A stretch of DNA of 63,299 nucleotides, filler included, from Hyphochytrium catenoides (taxonomy: Eukaryota > Protista > Hyphochytriomycota), in the NCBI GenBank assembly GCA_900088475.1. It is 3 parts of 3 records of this genome, joined end to end, with 100 filler letters (N's around TTAATTAATTAA, not from the genome) between each part and the next. Parts side by side here need not be neighbours in the genome. Positions count along the whole stretch, not along the records: positions 29,062 to 48,099 come from FLMG01001662.1; 2 more parts are not named here. One strand, 5' to 3'. The translations under genes were made by a program, and so were the position numbers. Shown in pieces: positions 32,361-45,215 of the stretch. Each line of letters begins with the position of its first letter. The stretch's first letter is position 1. Under the pieces are notes generated by a model. That model saw only the letters and a program-made list of their open reading frames with translations. It made no database searches and was not told the origin of the DNA.

Positions 32361-35300
32361 TCATTCTTCTCTTCTCTCTCTCTCCTTATCTTCCTCCTGA
32401 ATGAGTGAGCGCAGGGCAGATATGCAGAGCTCTCTCAAGCTCTTTCTCCTTTCGTCTCCCTCTATCTCCCTGTCCAGCAGCGCCTCTCTCTCTCTCTCTG
32501 TCTCTCGAAAGTTACTGAGAACGTAATCTAAGAAGGAGAGTTGGTCCTGAATAACCTCATTCTTCTCTCTCTCTCTGTCATTATTCTTTTCTCTTCTCTT
32601 GACAGCGAGCGGCGCAGAGTCAAAAGAGAGAGATGACGAGGGAAAAGAGAGAGAGAGAGTTCTTTTCAGTCGCTTCTGTTGGTCTCGAAGAGAGACTTCG
32701 AACTGTGCTGCAGATGTCTTCGCCTTCGTTTGTTGAGAGAGAAGGATGCGTCTTCCCCCTCTCTCTCTCCCTGTTCCCTCCCAAAATGAGAGAAGATGTA
32801 GAGTTCGGCTTATATATGAGCGCAGAAGAGAGGAACAGTGGGAAAGTCTCTCCTCTTTCTGTCTCGAAGCTTCTCTCTCTCTCTCTAGCTGGCTGTTAAG
32901 CTGCATTACTCTCTCTTTGTTCCTTTCTTCGACAGCGTCCAATTCTCTCTCTCTCCTGGTCAAATCTTTCTCTCTTTCCCGAAGCGCGCGCGAGAGAGAG
33001 TTGCCAATTCGTTGATAACACGTGGAGAGCTCCAGGAGAGCGCTCAGGAGAGAGGAGAGAGACGAAGGAGAAGAGCTTTCTAGCGCCTGCCAAAATGAAG
33101 GCATGAGAGAGAGAGCGTTTGGAGGAAAGTGGAAAGCAGAGAAATTGTGATAGGTAGCGTGGATGTGGTCAAGAGAGAGAGAGAAGCATAAGACGAGAGA
33201 GAGAAAACAAGGAGAGACAGACAGACAGACAGAAAGAAATAACACGGCAGAATTGAATGAGGGAGAGTTGAGGGCCCGAGAGAGAGTGAGAGAGAGAGAA
33301 AAACAGAGAAAGAGACAGAGAGAGAGACAGAGAGAGAGAGACAGAGAGAGAGAGAGTCAGCCTGGGACCGTAGTCTATGACGGCAACACTGAAGCAAATC
33401 AAGCTTAGTGTGGAATAGGAGAGAGAACCGGGAGGAGATAAGGAACCAAGGATAGAGATGAAGAGTGAAGAGAACAACGAGACAGCTGGAGACAAAGAGA
33501 GAAAGACTGTCAGATTTTTTTGAAAATGAAAAGGCAAGGATCATTCTCAACATGTTCAAGAGAGAAAGAGACGGAAAAAGAGAGAGAGAGACAGAGAGAG
33601 AGAGAAAGAGAGAACAAGAGAGAGAGACAGAGAGAGAAACAGAGAGAGAGAGGGAAGTGCACAAGAAAGCAGAGACAAAGACAGTTTACCTCACAGGTGT
33701 TCAGGAGAGAGACATCTTTGCATTGCTGCAGGAGAGAGAGACAACTCTCTCTGTGTACCCTATACGAAGGCAAAAAACCTGCCAGAAGCTCTCTTTCTCT
33801 CTCTTCAGGAGAGACAAAAGACACGTTGGGGCTCTTGAGAGCCTCTCCTCTCTCTTGAGAAGGCTTTCCCAAGATCTTCAAGAGAATATCTTGACTCGCC
33901 GTCCCTTCGGTTTGTTGCTGGTCTTTCTCCCTCTGGCTCGTTTGTCTTCCTTCTTCTTCTCTCTCCTGTGAACAGTAGTCTGCGCTTGCTTTCTCTCTCC
34001 TCCTATCTTTCTCTTCCTTTAGAAGAGTTTCTAAGGCATCTTTCTCCCTTCTGCACGCCTTTAATCTTTCTCTTGCTTCCTGCAGCTCTCTCTCTCTTTC
34101 TCTTCCTTTGTCTCGGCTCTCATTGAAGGCAGAGACAAGCCTCTCTCTCTCTTCTTTGAGCACCATTTCTCTCGCTTGGAGTCTCTCTGTATCTCCTTCC
34201 ATTCTCTTTTCTCTCTCTGCTAGTCTCTCCTCTCTCTCTCTCATTTCTGAGCGGAGAGTCCTTTGGCTATCGAGTAGCTCTTTCTCCCTTTGTTCTAGCT
34301 TCATTTCTATCTCTTTCCTCTCTTTTTCGTGATCAAAGAGACGTGCCTCGAGTTCTCCAAGGCTTCTCTCTCGTCTTCGTAGCTCTTCCTCCTCTGTCTC
34401 GAGCCTCTTCTGAGCGTCCGCGAGCCTTTCTTCCGCTTGGGACAGCGCCAGTTGTCTCTCTCTTAGAGAGACTTCAACGTTTGTCCTCTCTCTCTCTTGC
34501 CTGTGAAGGGCAGCCGCTGTCTCTCTCTCTCTCTTCTCTCTCTCTCTCGTTTGTTTGTCTATCTCTTTCACCAGATCTGTTTCCCGTCTCTTTTGCTGCT
34601 CTATTTGAGAGAGAAGGAGTGTTTCTCTCTTCTTTCCTTCTTCGTTTTCTCTCTCGATCTCTGCTCTCTCTTCTCCTAGTCTCTGTATCTCCTCTTGGAG
34701 CTGCGCAATCCTGTTGCTATTTTTCTCTCTCTCGTCTCTCTCTTGGGCAGTTCTATCCTGCAAGGCCTTCAACTCGCGAGAGAGAGCTTGCTCCTTCCCT
34801 TTCCACGTCTCCCTCTCCGACTGGAGAAGAAGAGAAAGTTTCTTTCTCTCTTCCAGGGAAGAAGAGAGCGCAGAGGGAGGGTACTTCTCGCTCAACATAG
34901 GAATTTTTGTCTCTCTCTCTCTTGTAAGCGCCTCTTCTACCTTCTCTTTTTCCTTGTTAAGTCTCTCTCTCTCGCTCAAAAGGACGCTCATTTCCAGTTG
35001 GAGCCTCTTTCCTTCATCCTTTAGCCTCTCTCTCTCCAGATCTGAGATGGTGGCCCTTTCTGCCGCTTTCTCTCTCTCTTGCCTTTCCCTTTCTCTCTCT
35101 CTTTCTAACATCCTGATCTCCTCTTGCAGAGCTACTCTTTCTCTCTCTCTCTCTTGCGTCAGCTTACATAGTTCTTCCTTAACGTCTGTAAGCTCTTTCT
35201 CCCTTTCTTGATGTTTTCTCTCCTTCTCTCTCCATTGGCGCAATTCTGTTTCTCTCTCTTCCTGATGTCTTTCATCCTCCTCTCTCTTTCTCTCTCTTTC

Positions 35301-36476
35301 TTTCTTAAGCTTGGCCACTTCGAGAGACAAATCCTTGTAGACCTCTCTTTCTCTTTCTCTCTCTCTCTCTCGCTCTGCGGCGTACTCGGCGATCTTTGTC
35401 TCTCTTTCTCGTTGTTTCTCTCTTTCTCTCTTCAGCCTCTGGAGCTCTACAAGCAATCCCTCTTTCTCCTCTTTTTCTCTCTCCAACTCCTCTTTCAAGT
35501 CTTGTTCCTTTCTCTTTAGAGTTTCAAGAAACTGTTCTCTCTCTCTCTCTTTAAAAGTCTCTTGCCTTACCTGATCCGCTTCTTTCCCTTGTTTGTCTTC
35601 TTTCTCTGCCTGTTCTCCCTTTTCTCTCTCCTTCAGAAGACTCTCTCTCTCTCTTTCTCTCTCTTCTAATGTCTCTTTCAGCTGATTTTCTCTCTTCTCT
35701 TTCTCCGCTCTCTCTTCTTTCAGTCTCTCTTCCAACGTCTGAATGAGCGCTGCCGAGTCCCTCAACTTCAGAAAGAGAGAGGAAAGCTTTTCCTCCCGGT
35801 CTTGGACCTCGTTCTGTCTCTCTTCGTCTCTCTCTTTGTCTCTCTTCGCCATGTCTCTTCTCTCCTTCTCTCTTTCTTCCTCCACCCGTTGCAGAGAGGT
35901 TTGTAAGGCCTTAACGGCCATTGCCAACTCTTCTCTCTCTCTGTACATCTCTTCTCTTTGCCTTTCTTCTCTCTCTTTTCTCTCTCTCTCTCTGTTTAGT
36001 AGGCTCTCTCTCTCTTCTTTAACTAGTCTCAGCTCTTCCTCTAGATCTTTCTTCTCTCTTTCCACTCTCTCTCTCTTATTCTCTAATGCGTGCCACTGAG
36101 CTCTCTCTCTTCCCAGATCGTCTTCCCTTTCTCTCTTCTCTCTCTCCAGCCTCAGTATAATATCTGCAGAGTCTTTCAGTTTGAGAAAGAGAGAAGAGAC
36201 TTTGTCGTCCTCTTCAGTTGAAGGTCTCTCTCTCTTTTCTGAAAGAAAGGGAAGGGAAGACAAATCAGTATGCTAGCTGAAAAAGAGAGAGTGAGAGAGA
36301 AAGGGAAAGATAAAGAAGGAGAAGAGAGGGCCGAAGAGAGAGAGAGAGGGGTAAGTACAAGATAGCGAAAAAAAGAGGGAAGAGAGGGAGAAAGAGAGAG
36401 GGGAAGAAGAGAGAGAGAGAGAGAGAGAGAAAGAAAGGAGGGGAGGAAGAGAGAGAGAGAAAGAAAGGAGGGGAGG

Positions 36477-36513
<37 letters not shown>

Positions 36514-37245
36514 AAGGGAGGGAGAGAGAGATGGAGCGGAAAAGTGGAACGAGATCTAAATAGAAGAGAAGAGAAGAGAGAGAACAGCGATGTTAGAAAG
36601 AAATGGAGAAATAGAGAGAAAGAAAGCAAGAGGAAAAGAGAGAGAGAGACAGAGAAAGAGAGACTGGAGGCAAAGAAAGAGAGAGGGAGAGACCGTGGCG
36701 AGAACCCCTATCGTCAGGAGAGAGACAGGCGTTCCGCCTACCTTCCGTCGTCCTTTCTTCCTCATTCTCTTCTCTCCTAGCCGCACTCTTTGCTCTCTCT
36801 TCCTCTAACGCTTGCACTAGCTTCCGAACCTCTTCTTCGTGTCTCTCTTCCATTTCCTCCTTCACAGTCTTGATAGCAGAATGGAGAGAGAGAAGAAGCC
36901 TCTCGCAGTTGTCACATTCTCTCTCCTCTCTCTCTCCTTCTTCGTCTCCTGGCTTCTTGTGAAGAACTCTCTTCACTTTCTCTCTTGCTTCTCTGAGTCT
37001 CTCCCTCCATTCTTCCAACTTCTCTCTCTCCAACGCCAACTGGGCCAGGAGAGACTCTTTCTCTCTCTCTTCATTTGCAGGTTCTCCCGTCTTTCCTCTC
37101 TCTTCTGCGTTGGAAGAGAGAGAAGAGAGTCTCTCGGCTTTCTCTCTCTCGTTTTCGATGCTATCACATGTATGATAGAGTAGAATTAGCTTCTTCTCCA
37201 GTGTGTGTGCGCTATCTAACAGTATTAGCCCCTCCTCGACCTGCG
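32361..37245 (-). CDS. Very long E/R/K-rich coiled-coil protein (multi-exon, main exon ~2.6 kb)
   Basis: 917-codon open frame 33510-36263 with leucine periodicity and an internal repeat (K(V/L)SSLFLKL(K/R)DSA twice); similar flanking ORFs at 36593-37039 and 32361-33245 are separated by CT-rich intron-like tracts. Exact junctions not resolved. Confidence 0.7.
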
Positions 37246-37388
37246 GGGAGAGAGAGAGAGAAAAAGAGAGAGAGAAAAAGAAAGAGAGAGAATGAGAGTA
37301 AGTTCAAGCAGAAAATCCCCACGAATGAGAAAAAGGGATAGCAAGAGCCAGATCGGAGACGCGCTTGGCAAAGACCGAAAAAGGAAAG

Positions 37389-37420
<32 letters not shown>

Positions 37421-37739
37421 AAGGAGAGAAAGAGAGAGAGTGAGACAGAGAGAGACAAAGAGAGAGAGAGAGAGACAGAGAGAGCGAGAGCAGAGATTGA
37501 GAGCAAGAAAATACGTCGAGGGGAGAGAGAGAAGAGAGAGAGAGAGAAGAGAGAGGGTGAGAGAGGAGACACGGAGAGAGAGACAGGAGACAGGAGAGAG
37601 GGCTAAATGAGGGTAACCAGAGAGGATGATAAATAACGAGGACGACGACGAAAAAAAACCCCAGGCCAACGAGAGAGAGAGAGAGAGAGAAAGAGTGGGC
37701 AGGCAGGAGAAAAGAAAAAAAGGATCGGAAAACGGCACC

Positions 37740-38027
37740 TTCAGTTCCCGGAACTGCACGTCCTTTGCCCTTTCTAAGAAGGTGTCCAGCTCAAGTCTTC
37801 CCAAGCGCGAGCGAGAAAAGAAGAGAGAGGAGGAAAGAGCGATAGAAAGAGAGAGGAGAGGAAAGAGAACGAGAGAGACGAAAGAGAGAGAGAGAGAGAC
37901 GGAAAGAGAGAGAGAGAGAGAGACATCGACCCATGCAAGAGTAAAAGAAGATCAACTTAGTGCCTTGAAGGAGAGCAAGGGGAGAGCGATAGAGTGATAA
38001 AAGCCGTCAAGAGGACGCGCGCGGCAC

Positions 38028-38062
<35 letters not shown>

Positions 38063-38986
38063 TTGAGAGAGAGTAAGAGAGGGAAAAGAGAGAGAGAGAC
38101 AGAGAGAGAGTGTGTGGAGTGAGATGAGAGAGGAGAGGAAATAGAGACACAGAAGAGAAGAGAGAGAAGCTCTTGTCCCACCCCAAATCCTCTCTCCCTT
38201 GGATGAGAGCTTCCACTAGAGCAGGTAATAGAAAACGAGGAGGAAGACGATCTGCTCTCTTCTCTCTCTTCTCTTCTCCTCGCTCTTCATCATCAGGCAC
38301 TAGCTTTCCCTCTGAGCCGATGTCTTCTAGCAGCAGAAGAAAAGAAGAGAGAAGAGAGACAGGAAGAGACGGGAAGAGACAAAGAGAGAGAGAGAGGGAG
38401 AGGGAGAGAGAGAGAGAGAGATGAGAGAAGGAAAGGAAGAAAGAGAAGAAAGAAAACAACAGAGAAACAAGTGAAAGACAGAGTGAGACAGAATGCAGAG
38501 AGAGAAAGAGGACGAAGACTTTTAAGAGGGACGCAAGGAAGAGAAGAGAGAGAGAACGCCTTGCAAAAAAGAGAATAGAGGAGAGAATAAACAGAGAAAG
38601 AATAAGGCGAAAACTAGATAAGAAAAAGAGAGAGAGTGAAAGAGAGAAAGCTTCTCTGGAGACAGGAGGGAGAAGAGAGAGAAGGATCTGCCCCTCCGAA
38701 GGTGCTACTATCTCTCACCTGCAGAGGGTGTCTCTCTCTCCACATCCACCTGCTCCTCTGCAACCTGCCCAAGATAGAAGAAGAAAGAGAGAGAAGAAAG
38801 AAGAGAGGGATACGGAAAAGCACAGGGAGGAGGGAAAGGAGCCGAAACACAGGAGAGACCACAGAAAGAGAAAGATAAGTGTGGGATGGAGACAAGAAAG
38901 AGAGAGGGAGAGAGAGAGAGAGAGAGAAAGAAAGAAACAGAGAGAGAGAGAAAGAGAAAGAAAGAAAGAGAGAGAGAGAAAGAGAA

Positions 38987-39029
<43 letters not shown>

Positions 39030-39580
39030 AGAGAACCAAAGAGAGAGATTCAAGCTAAAGTGGGCTCTCTCTCAGCACAAGGCCGTATTCTTCTCACCCG
39101 CATTTCTCCTTCTCTCTTCCTACTCTCCGAAGAGGAGAGAGAAGAGAGAGGTTGACTCCTCGTTCTCTCTTCTTCTTTCTGTTCCTGAACTAGTCTTCCC
39201 TCGGAGAGAGAACGATTCACATCTTTCTCTCCCGCGGGTTCTCTTTCCTTCTCTGTATCTTCTTCGCGCTTTTGAAGAGAAAGTCTGATCGCTCTTCTCT
39301 CTCCTTCTCTTCTTTTTCTGAGTTCTTCTATTGTCTTTCCTGCCCTGATGGCAAAGACAGACTGGAGCTGGAGCTTTTTTCTCTTTCCTCTCTCTTCCCA
39401 TGTGAGAGACAGAGTGTCTTCTACAGCCATACACTGCACAATGTTGCTAATAGAGATAGGCCTCTATGCAGAGGATGGAAGAGAGAAAAAAGAAAGAGAG
39501 AGAGAGAGAGNNNNNNNNNNNNNNNNNNNNNNNNNNNNNNNNNNNNNNNNNNNNNNNNNNNNNNNNNNNNNNNNNNNNNN

Positions 39581-39612
<32 letters not shown>

Positions 39613-39903
39613 TAAGGGGGCATTGAAGGCTAAGCAAGCGAGAGAGCGAGAGAGTGACTGAACAAACATGGTGAAGAAAAAGCAACTTTCTCTCTCTGTC
39701 CATTGTCGCCCTCTCTCTCTCTCTTTCCCTCTCTTTCTCACTCTATCTCCTATTTCTCACTAATTTCTTGTCTCTTCTTTAAACCTTTTCTTCTGGTTCT
39801 CTAGCTTTATTGCCTACTACTCACTCAACCTTTGCTCTTTCTCTCTCTCTCTGTTCACACAAACTCTCCCTTCTCTCACCCTTTTTCAAAACGTCTTCCT
39901 CCC

Positions 39904-39983
<80 letters not shown>

Positions 39984-40207
39984 ACCTACCCCTCTCTCTT
40001 ACCTTTCTCTCTCTCTCTTACCTCTGTCTCTCTTACCTCTCTTCCTCCCGTGACTCTTATAGACCCAGCGGCGCCATCGATCTCAAGCTGCGCTCTTCTC
40101 ATCTCTCTTCCTCCCTCTTTCTCTCCCTCCATCAGCACTGCGGGAAAGCGGTAGCGGGCAGAGCTCCATCCCCAAGGATCTTCCTCAGACATTGTCAGTG
40201 AGACCAT
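37740..40207 (-). CDS. Exon-like islands of unknown function, possibly 5' exons of the coiled-coil gene
   Basis: Non-repetitive open segments (WGWSSARYRFPAVLM..AQLEIDGAAGSIRVTGG; TLSLTWEERG; LLPALVEALIQG; LELDTFLERAKDVQFRELK) between CT-rich tracts on the same strand. Confidence 0.35.
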
Positions 40208-40209
40208 CG

Positions 40210-40264
<55 letters not shown>

Positions 40265-41592
40265 GGCAGAGGAGGGGGGTGGGTGGAGAAAGGACGAGGG
40301 GCCAAGCTAAGAGTCAGAAAGGATAAGAGACCAGTATTGTGCGACAGAGCTCAGAGAGAGAGAGAGAGAGAACGAGAGAGAGACAGAAGAAAAGAGAGTG
40401 AAGCGATGAGAAAAGCAGTGTCTACTAGTTGAGAGTAAGGGAAGAGTAAACAGGGGAGTTCTAACATTTAACACGGAAACCGAGAGGAAGAAATCATAGA
40501 GAGAGGGGAAAAGAGAAACAGAGAGGAGCTTCAAGATGCAGTGCTTCTTTCTCTCCTCTCCTCATCAGCGATCTCTTGGTGGTCTGCCGACTGCTGCTGC
40601 TTTTTTGTGGAAGACTTCTAATGGGGGAGATGTCACTTCACTCTCTCCTTTTCTCTCTCCCTCTCTCTCTCTCTCTTTCTCTCTCTCTCCCTCTCTCTCT
40701 CTCTCTCCCTCTCTCTCTCTCCCTCCCTCTCTGGTCAAAAAGTCACCACCTTGCGCCAAAATTTGAAAAGTCATCAGAAGAGGAGGATGTTTCAAACTCC
40801 ACCCCACCCATTCCTTCTTTGATAAAAACATTAGCTTTCGGGAAACAACTCAAAGCGCCCACCCATCCTGGAAAGAGAATTGTTGATAAGAAGCCTCTCA
40901 TTCTCTCTCTTCTTTCTCTCTCTCTCTCCCTCTTTCTCTCTCTCTCTTCCTCTTCTTTCTCTCTCTCTCTCCCTCTTTTTTCTCTCTCTCTCCCTCCTTG
41001 ATGTGTGTTCTCTCCTTTCTCTCTCTCTTCTTCTTTCCTTTACTGTACCCAATGATCAAGAGAGGCAGGAGCGTCTTTAGTGGCATCCGCCGGCCTCGAT
41101 ATCTTTCTTTACCTTCTCTCTCTCTCTCTCTCTGTTCTTGCTCTCTCTCTCTCTCTCTTCTTTTTGCAATAGCACTTCTTTAGATTGCGTATCAACAGTT
41201 CTGCCAAATAAGCGGTTTGTGCGATCAGCCAGTAATAGCGCTGTGCATGGCAAAGAGAGAAAGGGAAGAGAGAGAAAGAACAAAGGAAAAGGGAACATGC
41301 ACAGAGGGAGAAACGTAAGATTAAGGCGCTGGTGTGGTGCTAGTTAAGGTTGAGAGAGCGACAGCAAGAGAAAGAAATGAGGAGAGAGATAGTAGCGAAG
41401 AAAGGGGAAAGACAGACAGGGAGAAACGAAAGGAAAACAATAAGGAATCATCGAAAGAGAGAAAAAGAGCCAGAGAGAAGGAGATACAGAGAAGGAGGAA
41501 ACCTCTTGAAGAAGAGAGAGAGAGAGAAAGCCAGAGAAAGAAAAAGCGAGAGAGAATGACCCAGGTCTATAGGTGTAGAGACAGAGTTCTCC

Positions 41593-41753
41593 TTATGGCT
41601 TCTTAAAATGTGGCTGAGTCTTTGACGAGATGGCCCTGATGGCCTCACCCAGGTCTTCGCTGTAGAGATGTGCGCAATTCCATAGTCTGACGAAGGAAGC
41701 ATACGAGACAGATTCTGGTTAAATGAAGAAGGATTGCGCGAGAGAAGATAAAG

Positions 41754-41816
<63 letters not shown>

Positions 41817-41994
41817 AGACTGGACAGAGAGAGACCTAGAGAGATGGAGAAAGGCAGAGGGCATTCACAGAAAGAAAGAAAGTGACAGAAGAGGCTCCAA
41901 CATGCAGTTTGAAAGAAGAAAAGGGGAAGAAGAAAAGGGGAGCCGGAGGACGCTTGACAAGACCTATAGCATCCCTCTCTCTCTCTCTCTCTCT

Positions 41995-42047
<53 letters not shown>

Positions 42048-42358
42048 TAGTTCTTTCCACCTTCCCACCTGACTTGCTCCAGAGCCTCTGACACGGGATG
42101 CTCCCGCGCATAGTTAAGGCATTTCTTGACTCCTCTCATCGTCAGCGGGCTCTTGCTTGCAATGGTCTTCGCCATCGCCATTGCTCTCTTCTCGAGCTCA
42201 GAACGGTCCGCATAACACTCAAGGACCTTTCCAGACAGAGAGAGATGGAGGGGGAAAAGGCAGCAAGAGAGAGAGAGAGAGAAAATGAGAGACGAGAGAG
42301 ACAGAGAAAGAGAGAGGAGAGAGACAGAGAAAGAGAGAGGAGGAAGAGAGAGAGAGGG

Positions 42359-42420
<62 letters not shown>

Positions 42421-42735
42421 CAAACATTAGAGACTGAGTAGGACCGAAGCATAGAAGAGAGAAGAGCAGCAACATTTAGAAGAGACAGAAAGGAAGAGAT
42501 GAAACTGGCGAGAAGAGAAAGAAACCTTGCTTTCAGAGAGATAAAAGCGGGTAACCAACAGAAGGGAACAAACAGATGAAAAAAGATAGAGAGAGAGGAG
42601 AACGAGAGAGAAAAGAGAGAGGGAAGAGAGAAAAAGATAATGAAAGCAGCACCCAGTGAACGCCCAAAACCTCTCTCTCTCTCCGTTTGATCTATCCTTT
42701 GGGTCATGGCCAGATAACCGTTTCTCTCTCTCTCT

Positions 42736-42772
<37 letters not shown>

Positions 42773-43198
42773 CGTGTCTCTCCCCTCTTACCAGCCCAAT
42801 CCTGGCCGCCTCCTCTCCGGAGACAGATCTCCCTGTGTAGCTCATCTCCTTGGCTCTCTGCTCTCCCACCAGGCGAGGGAGACGCTGGAGCGTCCCAATG
42901 TCCGCCACAATCGCGAGGTCAATTTCCTTGACGGAGAACTCGGCTGCAGCATCACAGAGCCTAATGTCACAGGAAGTGACCAGATCCACGCCGCCACCAA
43001 TGCAAGGGCCGCCAATAGCGGCAATGACAGGGATCTGAGGAACAGAGAGAGAGAAAGAGAGAGAGGGAGCGAGAGAGAGATTCAGAGATCCGCGCAGCGA
43101 CAAAGGGTTGGGAAAGAGGAAGAATACGGAGATGAGAGGACATCGAGAGAGAGAACGTGGAAGAGCGGACGGGAGGAGTGAGGAACAGAGAGAGAGAA

Positions 43199-43230
<32 letters not shown>

Positions 43231-43936
43231 CGTGGAAGAGCGGACGGGAGGAGTGAGGAACAGAGAGAGAGAAAGAGAGAAAGAGAGAGAGAGAGAGAGA
43301 TGGAGAAAGGAGGAAGAGAAACGGCAGATTACATATGGACTATCTACCTTGCAACTCTCTGGTGCAGAGATGGCGTCCTGGAACTTCCTGATGATCGTGT
43401 TCAGCGCCTCTCTCTTCCTTCCTTCACAGCTCTCAGCCCCTAGAACTTCATTGATAGCCGCAAAGACGGCGAGGTCCATCCCAGCGCAGAAGACTCTTCC
43501 TTCTCCGCCCAAAACGACAGATTTCGCCGCGCTATCGGCGTTAATCAGCGCAAAAGCCTGAAGAAACTCATCCCAGAACTGCATCGTCATGGAATTGAGC
43601 TTCTGCGGGCGATTTATACGAAGGGAGACGACGCCGTCATCGTCTATGGAGAGAGAGATTGTCTCAAACGCGGTGCCGCTCTTCTTTATAACCCCAGCAG
43701 CTGGTGAATGAGACAAAGAGAGAGAAAAGTGAGGTCGGAGTTGCCATGCTTGGTCGCAGATAGTGACTCCTACCATCGGCGGAGTGCGGCTCTATCCATT
43801 GCTGCAGTCGTCTCGCGTCGTCAGAGAGGCTTCTAACTGGCTGAGTACCCAGGAGACGGCTGACTCTTTGGCTTCCTGCCAGGCCTTGCCTAAGCGGCCC
43901 TTGCCTCCAAAGAAGCGCTGATGCCCTACGTAACAT
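41593..43936 (-). CDS. ECH1: Delta(3,5)-Delta(2,4)-dienoyl-CoA isomerase (crotonase family), 5 exons, mitochondrial-type presequence
   Basis: INRPQKLNSM, FCAGMDL, PVIAAIGGPCIGGGVDLVTSCDIR, ECH1-type KEIDLAIVADIGTLQRLP, IASKSP, V|RLWN..LYSEDL. Arg/Leu/Ser-rich N-terminus MLRRASALL. Confidence 0.9.
43153..43300. repeat. 75-bp tandem duplication inside an ECH1 intron
   Basis: gaacgtggaagagcggacgggaggagtgaggaacagagag... starts at 43153 and again at 43228, each copy ending in a GA tract. Confidence 0.9.
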
Positions 43937-44234
43937 ATTAGCAAGCCTTGCTCCTACTATTGCTGGCCAATCTCCTTCAAGATCCTGATCGCTCCTTCGC
44001 CGTCTCCTTTCAGGCCCAAGAATCTTCAAAATTAGATCTTTCTGCAGATGCTGAAGATCTGGAAAAAGCTGCAGATTTGACGGGAACATGACGCCGTGAC
44101 CACCGTGTTGAAGTTAGAGTTCCCGAAAATAGTGTGTGAGCTACTACTGGTAGTATTTCCTTATGGCTGACGTCCGAATAAACGAAAATAGCTTTCGGGG
44201 ATAAGANNNNNNNNNNNNNNNNNNNNNNNNNNNN

Positions 44235-44283
<49 letters not shown>

Positions 44284-44913
44284 AACAGCAGATAATGCTA
44301 CTAATGATAACCACAGGCGGCGAAAGTGCCCCAGACGAAGAGAGAGAAGTATAGGACAAAGCGAGAGAAGAGCAGCATCAGGGAGATGAGACGAGAACTA
44401 GGAGAGACAAAATGAGTTCCAGAATGGAAAGCCAGATTAAGGCTGCGCGAGAGGAGGGAGAGTGCATCAATCGGCCTATGGTCGATGTTCAGGACCCGAT
44501 GCGTGTGGAGCAGGAGTGGGAGAGAGAGAGAGAGAGCGAAGAAAGAGGAGGGACACACAGATAGAAGAGGAAGAAAAGGAAGCCGAGGGAAAATGCTATA
44601 TGTACAAGCCTTCGAGGAAGGCATTGGATAGGGGCTCGGCTCTCTGGGCTTTCCTCTTTCTTTCCCTCTCTCTCGCCCTCTCTCTTTCTCTCTCTCTCCC
44701 TCTCTCTTCTCCCCATCCTTCTCTCTCTGTCTCTCTTGCTTCTCCTCTCCAAATTCCTCTTCTCTCCCGCCGTTACTGTCGGGCTCCTAGTCCATGCTTC
44801 GCGTCAGCCTCTTCTCTCATCCTTTGAAAGCACAGACCACACGCCATCGGGGACAAGAGAGGCCCACGCCTCATCCAAACCTTTTCTCTCTCTTTCCTTG
44901 TCTGTCCATGCCC

Positions 44914-45170
44914 TCAGCTCCTAACACTGTTGCCTAACATAGAGACCAACACCTTCAGGCTGTCTCTTCCCTCTGAGGCCTTGAACGCCTCCTCAGCACG
45001 CTCTAAAGGGTAAACATCCGTGATCAAGCTCTGAACATCCACCTGATGAGTGGCTAAGAGTTCTAAAGCAGGGCGGAATGGTCCGCAGCGCGAGCCCAAG
45101 AGCTTGATCTCTGCAAGAGCAAACGGGAGAGAGAGGTCAAGAGCGACGAATGAAGGGTCAGCCAGATACA

Positions 45171-45215
<45 letters not shown>

